Assembly: GCA_963832295.1 (NCBI GenBank)
Contig: CAWHTO010000001.1
Location: 1,025,253-1,089,252, forward strand
Source of the DNA: an uncultured Alphaproteobacteria bacterium
GTDB taxonomy: Bacteria > Pseudomonadota > Alphaproteobacteria > Rhodobacterales > Rhodobacteraceae
Direction: 5' to 3'
Length of the DNA: 64,000 nt
The first letter of the stretch is position 1. Every line of letters begins with the position of its first letter. Made by a program: the position numbers and the translations under genes. Positions 31,090-38,924 of this stretch are shown piece after piece. The notes under the pieces were generated by a model, which worked only from the letters and a program-made list of their open reading frames with translations, did not search any database and was not told where the DNA came from.

Positions 31090-33033
31090 ATGACGTTGAT
31101 GGCTCTGACTCTCATGGAATGGTTCGTATCAGTGGGCGTCGACCCTGCGATCGCATTCTTCGCCATGGAAATCGCGCTCGCCGTGATGCTGATGATGACC
31201 TTGGTGATCCTTTCCGTCAAAGCCCGCTTGGCGGACCGGACCAGGCAATCGCTGGCCGAAGTTGCCCAAACGCTCGATTCCGTGTCCGAGCAGGAAATCA
31301 TCATGCGCGCCATCGTGGAGAACGCGAATGATGGCCTCGTCTTTCATGACATGTACGGTCGCATTATCTGGGCGAACGCGGCCTACCTGCGGTCGATGGG
31401 GTATTGCCTGGATGAGATTATAGGCCGCCGCCCGCAGGAGTTTTGCGTATCATCGGCGCCTCCGATTTCGAAAGATGAGATGGATAACTGTCGACTGGAC
31501 CCTGACAGTGCAGAGTTTGACGGCCTCGTGCGCCGCGAGGTTTACCGCAAATCCGGAGAGACGTTCTGGGAAGAGTACAGCCTATCGCTGGTGCATCTGA
31601 AATCCGGTGAGCAGCGCGTTATCCTGGTGTCACGCGACGTTACCGGACAGGTGCACCGCGAGTTGGAACTGGAGGAAGCGCAGGCTTACCTCTACCACGC
31701 GGCGCACCATGACGCGCTGACCGCTCTGCTCAACCGCAGCGCGTTTCTGCAGGCCACTGACAAAGTGCTGCATCACAAGGGTCAGAGAACCGAAGTCGGG
31801 CTGATCTATATCGACCTTGATCACTTCAAGGCCGTCAATGATACCAATGGTCATGCGGCGGGGGATCAATTGTTGCTGCATGTGGCAAATGCCATGCGCG
31901 ACACCGCCCGCCCGGGCGATCTGCCCTGTCGGATGGGCGGCGATGAATTTGTGATGGCCTGTCCCGGCGTGACAGACTTCGACACCCTGCAGATGATTGC
32001 CGATACACTGCTGGAACGCATCCGCATCCCGATTACCTTTGATGATGCGATCTTGTCGTGCGGGGCCTCGATTGGTCTTGCACTGGACACCGGTGCTGCG
32101 GATCGTGCGGAAGATCTGATCCGCTCCGCTGATTTTGCCCTTTATGAAGCGAAGGTTCCCGGCGCCCCGGCCATCGCCCGCTACGACGCCAACCTGCATG
32201 ACCGTCAAACCGCTGAAAACACGTTGATGGAGCAATTTGTGGATGCGCTCGATTGTGATGGCATCGACTTCATGTATCAGCCGATCCTTGACGCACGCAC
32301 CGGTAAAATCCGTTCGTTCGAAGCGTTGGCCCGCTGGCACCATCCGGACGGGCGCGTCATAGGTCCTGACGTATTTCTTGGCTTCGCGGCCCGGGTGAAC
32401 CGGATGACGGATGTCGATTTCTCGGCCATTCGCGCCACCGCGTCGCTTGTCGCGGACCTCAATAAACTCGGCCACGGCATTCGCGGCGCGTTCAACGTGT
32501 CCTCCGAATCCCTCGCCCATCCCGATTTCATGACCACCCTCCAGCACGAGGTGCGAGAGGCTCGACTGTCTCCGGAAATGCTGGTTGCCGAGGTGCTGGA
32601 AACTACGTTCTTCGGTGCCGATACCACCGATAGCCTTGCCGCCACGCGCATCAATGATCTGCGAAATCTCGGCTATAGCGTCTTCCTCGATGACTTTGGC
32701 GTCGGCTATGCAGGGCTCTCGCACCTCAGCCAACTCAACGTCAGCGGCGTAAAGCTGGACCGTTCGCTCATCGCCAATGTCACCAACGATCGCAGCGCGC
32801 GGATCATCACAACCGCCATCCTGCGCCTGTGTGATGAACTGGGCGTCGGCACACTGGGGGAGGGGATCGAATCGTTGGAACAGGCCGAATTCCTCGCGGC
32901 TCAGGGCTGCTACCGGCTACAGGGCTTCGGCATCGCCCGTCCCATGACCCGCGATGATGTCATTAAAATGGTGGAGGCTGGCGCTCCGATCTCTATCCCA
33001 CCAGCGCCATCTCTGATCGCGCGCAGCGCCTGA
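31090..33033 (+). CDS. Membrane-anchored PAS-GGDEF-EAL protein (c-di-GMP turnover)
   Basis: It has TM helices, a PAS region, RMGGDEF and FEALARW with downstream EAL-domain motifs. The start was chosen at ATG 31090. Confidence 0.88.
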   Translation: MTLMALTLMEWFVSVGVDPAIAFFAMEIALAVMLMMTLVILSVKARLADRTRQSLAEVAQTLDSVSEQEIIMRAIVENANDGLVFHDMYGRIIWANAAYLRSMGYCLDEIIGRRPQEFCVSSAPPISKDEMDNCRLDPDSAEFDGLVRREVYRKSGETFWEEYSLSLVHLKSGEQRVILVSRDVTGQVHRELELEEAQAYLYHAAHHDALTALLNRSAFLQATDKVLHHKGQRTEVGLIYIDLDHFKAVNDTNGHAAGDQLLLHVANAMRDTARPGDLPCRMGGDEFVMACPGVTDFDTLQMIADTLLERIRIPITFDDAILSCGASIGLALDTGAADRAEDLIRSADFALYEAKVPGAPAIARYDANLHDRQTAENTLMEQFVDALDCDGIDFMYQPILDARTGKIRSFEALARWHHPDGRVIGPDVFLGFAARVNRMTDVDFSAIRATASLVADLNKLGHGIRGAFNVSSESLAHPDFMTTLQHEVREARLSPEMLVAEVLETTFFGADTTDSLAATRINDLRNLGYSVFLDDFGVGYAGLSHLSQLNVSGVKLDRSLIANVTNDRSARIITTAILRLCDELGVGTLGEGIESLEQAEFLAAQGCYRLQGFGIARPMTRDDVIKMVEAGAPISIPPAPSLIARSA

Positions 33034-33039
33034 TCGGCG

Positions 33040-33480
33040 TCAGCACTGGTTTTCTGCAGCGACGTCCCGCAGTTATCCGGGCCGACGAAGATGACACCCC
33101 GCGCCCGGTTCCAACATGGCACCTGCACAGGCCAAGCCAGGAATGCCCCCGCGCGAGCATCCATCCCGCCGCCGCCAATGCTCGGCCAGACAATGAACGG
33201 GGTGGAGGGGATGTGTCGCAAGCGCGCCGATCACCGCCTGACCCGGATTGGCGCAGCTCACACCGGGATGCACCGTGACGGGACCAAATGCCCCCGGTGC
33301 CTCCACGATTGGCCCGGCATTTTGGCGCAGCTCACACCGGGATGCACCGTGACGGGACCAAATGCCCCCGCTGCCTCCACGAACGGTCCGGCAGTCGCGA
33401 TGACGCCACCGGCTCCGGCAACCTGCACCCCGTCGACACCACCAATTGAACCTCCCCCGTCATCGCGGTAGGACCAGCGC
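33040..33480 (-). pseudogene. Degenerate ORF of unknown family, split over three frames
   Basis: Minus-strand ORF pieces 33258..33536, 33073..33306 and 32910..33221 read consecutively. They are offset by a 74-bp tandem duplication and by a further shift near the C-runs at about 33205. Weak resemblance to ...PGV(G/S)... and ...FVGPDN... motifs of SAM hydroxide adenosyltransferase (DUF62) proteins is speculative. Confidence 0.4.
33248..33395. repeat. 74-bp tandem duplication (2 units)
   Basis: Units are 33248-33321 and 33322-33395. The first 48 nt are identical (TTGGCGCAGCTCACACCGGGATGCACCGTGACGGGACCAAATGCCCCCG) and the remainder is about 80% identical. Confidence 0.92.
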
Positions 33481-33509
33481 AAATCGGTGCGGATAACGGG
33501 GTGCGCGAT

Positions 33510-35165
<1,656 letters not shown>

Positions 35166-35208
35166 GGCCCGAACGCCCCGTGGCAACATCGGGCGCGCAG
35201 GGCATTTC

Positions 35209-35230
35209 GTAGGGCGGGGTTCACCCCGCC
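35209..35230 (+). repeat. REP-type element: GTAG followed by a 7-bp-stem hairpin
   Basis: The sequence is GTAGGGCGGGGTTCACCCCGCC, 44 nt after the ettA stop. Confidence 0.7.
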
Positions 35231-35671
35231 ACGCAGCATCCGCCGCTTTGTATCGGTTTTATTTCTGTGTCTTTCATAGGATCGAGATTTAGATCGTGGT
35301 GCTGGTGGAGGTGCTCAAACCATCAAGCGGCAGGTGAGCGGACCGCGATGCGACAACCGCAAATCCCGCCCGAAAGCTGCAAGCGCTGAGCGGCGCTGTG
35401 TCGAAACCTTTGCGGGGAGCAGGCTAAGGCGGTCCGGATGCGCGATGCTGATGGGTAGCCGTCGAATTGCCGGGCCCAACTGATCATAGGGTTTGGCGAA
35501 CCGCTGAGTAACGGGCGGTACAATCAACTGAGTGCAACTGAGTGGTTCTTAACTGCTCATCCGGATGGGCGTCGCTTAGGGTTATTCCAATGCGGTTTAC
35601 GATTAAGATAAAGTGGTGCGTTCGCTACGCTGACATTGTCGGCACGGCTTCCCTTTCCGTTTGCGACGACG

Positions 35672-36319
35672 TCACCCCGCCAACCGCGCGCGGCGGGATA
35701 AATCCCGCCCTACGGCTTCCCCATATTCGCCCTCACGTTCCTCCCCGCACCACGCCGCCTCGACCCGCCCCAACCGAATATCGCGATGGATCGATGACGC
35801 CGCCCAATCCACGGGCCGCTCCACGAACCCATGCTTCACCGGGTTCAGCCAGCAATAGCGGATATGCGCCTCAAGATCGCGCTCATCCCGGCAATGATGC
35901 TCCCAGAATCGCCGTTGCCACACCGCCGTCTCGCGCTTCGCTACGCGTAGACCGGGCTTTAGCCCGGAATACTTCCCGATCGAAACCTCCGGAAATGACG
36001 TCGGAAACCGGGGCTCCGGGCTAAAGCCCGGTCTACGATCCGCCTCAGCCGCCCGCCAACCACGGGTAAACCGCGCCTTGATCGCGCCCCAGCGCTGCGA
36101 ATAATCCGGATCGCTCAACGGCAACCGCCACACCGCATGCATGTGATCTGGAAGAACCACCCAGGCGAGTATCTCAAACGGTCGGGCCTGCTTGGTTTCC
36201 CGCACCGCGTCCCGCAACACGTCCAGATGATCCAACACCGCGGTCGATCCACGATCCGCAAGGCAGACGGTGAAGAACACGGGCGGACCCGTCAGCGCTG
36301 GCCTGCGGTAATTCGGCAT
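35672..36319 (-). CDS. rayT: REP-associated tyrosine transposase (RayT; IS200/IS605-like Y1 transposase family)
   Basis: The 215-aa ORF carries VVLPDHMHAVWRLP (HUH region), WQRRFWEHHCRDERD and IRYCWLNPVKHGFV. It is flanked by GTAG-headed hairpins. Confidence 0.85.
   Translation of the reverse strand: MPNYRRPALTGPPVFFTVCLADRGSTAVLDHLDVLRDAVRETKQARPFEILAWVVLPDHMHAVWRLPLSDPDYSQRWGAIKARFTRGWRAAEADRRPGFSPEPRFPTSFPEVSIGKYSGLKPGLRVAKRETAVWQRRFWEHHCRDERDLEAHIRYCWLNPVKHGFVERPVDWAASSIHRDIRLGRVEAAWCGEEREGEYGEAVGRDLSRRARLAG
35692..35713 (-). repeat. REP-type element, inverted relative to 35209-35230
   Basis: The plus strand reads GGCGGGATAAATCCCGCCCTAC. Its reverse complement GTAGGGCGGGATTTATCCCGCC matches the left REP apart from a compensatory stem change. 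It overlaps the last codons of rayT. Confidence 0.7.
35947..36036. repeat. Perfect inverted REP doublet (21-bp arms, 48-bp spacer) lying in frame inside rayT
   Basis: GTAGACCGGGCTTTAGCCCGG at 35947-35967 has its exact reverse complement CCGGGCTAAAGCCCGGTCTAC at 36016-36036. Each arm is GTAG plus a CCGGGC-TTTA-GCCCGG hairpin. The total is 90 nt, or 30 codons. Confidence 0.85.
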
Positions 36320-36390
36320 CTCTCAAGCATACTCTCGGTGTGGTTAACGGACCCTGAACGCCCCGCCACAGCCCGCCCTAATGTCCTGCT

Positions 36391-36461
36391 AAAAGGTTAA
36401 CGAAAATAATATATCGAAAAGTATCAATGCCTTGAAGCCTTGCTCAACCTTGAGCACCCCC
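36391..36461 (+). repeat. Copy A of a ~70-nt conserved intergenic element (AAAA-GTTAACG-N38-TGCTCAACCTTGAGCACCCC)
   Basis: It shares GTTAACG and the 20-mer TGCTCAACCTTGAGCACCCC (containing the palindrome GCTCAA-cc-TTGAGC) at identical 45-nt spacing with 60412-60481. It lies about 80 nt upstream of the DUF465 gene. Confidence 0.7.
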
Positions 36462-36539
36462 TTGACCCAGATCAACGCCCGCCGAACCGCACCCTTCTAG
36501 TGTCCCCCCATCCAGAGACCCAAAAGGGAGACACAATCC

Positions 36540-36779
36540 ATGTCCCACACCCCCCACGAGCTTGCCGAAGATTTCCCCGACAAGGCCGATACCATCCACA
36601 AACTCAAGGAAACCGACGGCGAATTTCGCCATCTTGCGGATCGGTATCATGACCTCAACCGCGCGATTCACCGGGCCGAGACGAATGTGGAACCGATCAG
36701 CCCGGCAGCAGAAAAGGACCTGCGGAAGGAGCGCGTGGCGCTCAAGGACCGGATCGCCGCGAAACTGGCCAAGGGCTAG
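36540..36779 (+). CDS. DUF465 (YdcH-like) domain protein
   Basis: The 79-aa ORF reads HELAEDFPDKADTIHKLKETDGEFRHLADRYHDLNRAIHRAE. Confidence 0.85.
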   Translation: MSHTPHELAEDFPDKADTIHKLKETDGEFRHLADRYHDLNRAIHRAETNVEPISPAAEKDLRKERVALKDRIAAKLAKG

Positions 36780-36991
36780 GAGCCCCGTCACGCATTGGCA
36801 TAACTTTGCCAATCGCGCGCAGCCATTCAGCACAGACTTGCTTTTCTCCCCGGAATCCGCCATATGGCTCTCGCGACCGTTACCGCATTCGATCCACTGT
36901 CTCCTCTACCAAGGCCTCAGTTTCGATCCTGCTACACTGACGCCACACCGCCGCATGCACGCGGGCGGGACTATGATCTAGGAGACACACG

Positions 36992-37198
36992 ATGGCCAAT
37001 GGCACCGTGAAATGGTTCAACTCTACCAAAGGCTTCGGCTTCATCGCACCAGAAACTGGCGGCAAGGACGTGTTCGTGCACATCTCTGCTGTTGAGCGTT
37101 CCGGTCTGACGGGCCTCGCCGACAACCAAAAAGTGACCTTCGACCTCGAAGCTGGCCGTGATGGCCGCGAGAGCGCCGTGAACCTGAAGACCGTCTGA
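36992..37198 (+). CDS. Cold-shock protein (CspA family)
   Basis: The 68-aa ORF begins MANGTVKWFNSTKGFGFI and has VFVHISA (RNP motifs). Confidence 0.95.
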   Translation: MANGTVKWFNSTKGFGFIAPETGGKDVFVHISAVERSGLTGLADNQKVTFDLEAGRDGRESAVNLKTV

Positions 37199-37229
37199 AC
37201 GACGCTTCAGCAGTTGCTGACAAGATGCA

Positions 37230-37260
37230 GGCGCGCCCGGTTGCGGACGCGCCTTTTTCG
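37230..37260 (+). terminator. Rho-independent terminator after csp
   Basis: AGGCGCG-(12 nt loop)-CGCGCCT is followed by TTTTT. Confidence 0.75.
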
Positions 37261-37268
37261 TGTGCGGA

Positions 37269-37472
37269 TTAGTCGTTCAGCACGAACGTCACCTTCAGCG
37301 TGACACGGTATTCGTCGATCTTGCCGTCTTTCACCGTGACTTTCTCATCCTGCACCCAGGCACCTTGCACACCCTTCAGGGTTTCGCAGGCGCGCTTTAT
37401 GCCTTCCTGAACGGCGTCCTCAAAACTTGTGGTGGATGATGCGATAATTTCGGTTACGCGAGCAACGCTCAT
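37269..37472 (-). CDS. Dodecin-family protein
   Basis: The 67-aa ORF reads MSVARVTEIIASSTTSFEDAVQEGIKRACETLKGVQGAWVQDEKVTVKDGKIDEYRVTLKVTFVLND. The rest of tracked ORF 37269..37769 is unsupported. Confidence 0.88.
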   Translation of the reverse strand: MSVARVTEIIASSTTSFEDAVQEGIKRACETLKGVQGAWVQDEKVTVKDGKIDEYRVTLKVTFVLND

Positions 37473-37696
37473 GGCTCTCTCCCTTTGGTGGTCTGGCCCG
37501 ATTATTCGAACCTTGCGATCACCATAGCACGTCTGAGCGCCCTGCCGCCCACGGTGGCGAATATCCGCCAACGCTCTGAAATAGTGCGGGAAAGGCAGCA
37601 AGCTATCGGATATCAGCACGCCGATATTGTGTGGCACGGGGCAAATGGGCCTTGATCGAGGCACTCCTCCACAGACCAACCCCAAGGACGCGACCG

Positions 37697-37807
37697 ATGA
37701 CCCGTTCCTCACAATCCAGCCCCACCAAAGTATGGCGCCCGACCAACCCGATCCCCTCCAAGCCCGCACCCGTCCCGTTCCGGTTCACCGATTGGGCTTC
37801 AATCTGA
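37697..37807 (+). CDS. Mini-ORF 1 (36 aa): MTRSSQSSPTKVWRPTNPIPSKPAPVPFRFTDWASI
   Basis: This ORF is not in the track; I read it from the sequence. AAGGA lies 7-8 nt upstream of the ATG. The C-terminal core is shared with mini-ORF 2. Confidence 0.45.
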   Translation: MTRSSQSSPTKVWRPTNPIPSKPAPVPFRFTDWASI

Positions 37808-37894
37808 GGGGCCGAACAGCCCTGTCAAGTCAATGTACCACCCACTGACAGAACACCTGAACATCGTAAATTTAGGGTGAAAAGGAGCCAAACC

Positions 37895-37975
37895 ATGCCC
37901 CCGCGCAAGCCAGAACCACCCCAACGCAAGCCGCGTCCCGCACCCTTCCGCTTCACGGATTGGGCAGCGATTTAA
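37895..37975 (+). CDS. Mini-ORF 2 (26 aa): MPPRKPEPPQRKPRPAPFRFTDWAAI
   Basis: A strong SD (AAAGGAG) lies 7 nt upstream of the ATG. The C-terminal PFRFTDWA(A/S)I is shared with mini-ORF 1, with synonymous third-position differences. Confidence 0.55.
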   Translation: MPPRKPEPPQRKPRPAPFRFTDWAAI

Positions 37976-38294
37976 GGCCAATTCGCCCATGATGGACTGA
38001 CCCCGCAGTCTGTCCCCGTGCCGCGATGCACCGTAGCGCGCCCGGACACCAGCCATTCGCGGAGGTTCCCGTCGTATGTCACCTGGTCAATACCGCGGCC
38101 TTTGGCCATCGTTCGGTGCACATCACAATGAAGTTGGTCCAACGATCCATCGGGACATCTTAATCTGTCCTTTCGGGGAGCAGATTTGCGCGCGTTTCTG
38201 GGAATTCGACGACCGATGAAATGTTTCGCGTTGCCAGCGCCATATTCTCCGCTAACCTTGTTCCAGTCCAACCGCATAGGAGCTTCTCAAGACC

Positions 38295-38840
38295 ATGCGC
38301 AATATCTCAAAGACAGTCGCGACCGTCGTCGCCGCTGCAACCCTGCTTTTGGCCCCGGCAGCGTCCGCCCAAGACGCGGAGGAGTCGGAATATGTTCAGG
38401 CTCTCATGACGTCGATGAACCAATTGTCCGTGCGCTTCAATCGGGAGGTATGTGGATTCATCCTGCAGGATGCGCAGGGTAACTATTCCTCTACCAAAGT
38501 GTCCTGGGGTGGCGAAGCCAACTGCGCGTCCTTGCCGATCGAGCCGGGAGTGAGGCCGGTGTCGTCATGGCACACCCATGCCGCCTGGGGCCTGGGCTAC
38601 GACGGAGAAGTGCCGTCTATTCAAGACGTTGAAGGTGACATGCGGTTTGGTGTGAACGGTTGGATCGCCACACCCGGTGGCCGACTGTGGTACGTGAACG
38701 GCACCACCGGATTCATCACGCAGGCGTGCGGGCGCGGTTGCTTACCCTCTGATCCTGACTTTTACCCGGAGGAGCATGGGCCAGTCGGTGAAACGTACTC
38801 GCTGGACGGATTGTACCAGCGGTTCAATCGCTGGCGCTGA
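38295..38840 (+). CDS. Secreted DUF4329 domain protein
   Basis: It has the signal peptide VVAAATLLLAPAASAQ. The core reads REVCGFILQDAQGNYSSTKVSWG...SSWHTHAAWG. Confidence 0.7.
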   Translation: MRNISKTVATVVAAATLLLAPAASAQDAEESEYVQALMTSMNQLSVRFNREVCGFILQDAQGNYSSTKVSWGGEANCASLPIEPGVRPVSSWHTHAAWGLGYDGEVPSIQDVEGDMRFGVNGWIATPGGRLWYVNGTTGFITQACGRGCLPSDPDFYPEEHGPVGETYSLDGLYQRFNRWR

Positions 38841-38924
38841 TCCGGGATTAGAGTTTTATTCGGCTAGCAGACCAAGGGTTCCGGCGCGCGAAAAGTGCCT
38901 GGAGCCCATTCCCGCAATCCCGGC

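Noticed and set aside
33091-33471. 126-aa plus-strand Pro-rich ORF
   Set aside because: It is a shadow of the degenerate minus-strand gene. It contains the 74-bp duplication read as low-complexity sequence.
35231-35691. tmRNA, RNase P RNA, SRP RNA, 6S RNA, cobalamin or TPP riboswitch, or group II intron fragment
   Set aside because: I looked for diagnostic motifs: GAGGAAAGUCCGG, a tag ORF ending in hydrophobic AA, GGAAGCAGCC, the B12 box, CUGAGA...ACCCUUUGAACCUGA, and a GUGYG 5' end with domain V. None was present. The region is kept only as an unclassified structured candidate.
36780-36991. Possible cold-shock 5' UTR thermosensor upstream of csp
   Set aside because: A long leader is typical for csp genes, but I could not identify a cold-box or any defined structure by eye, so it is not reported as a feature.
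37972-38277. 101-aa minus-strand ORF in the gap between the mini-ORFs and the DUF4329 gene
   Set aside because: No recognisable motifs, no convincing SD before any of its Met codons, and a 4-nt overlap with mini-ORF 2. It has some GC3 bias, so it is not excluded, but it is unsupported.
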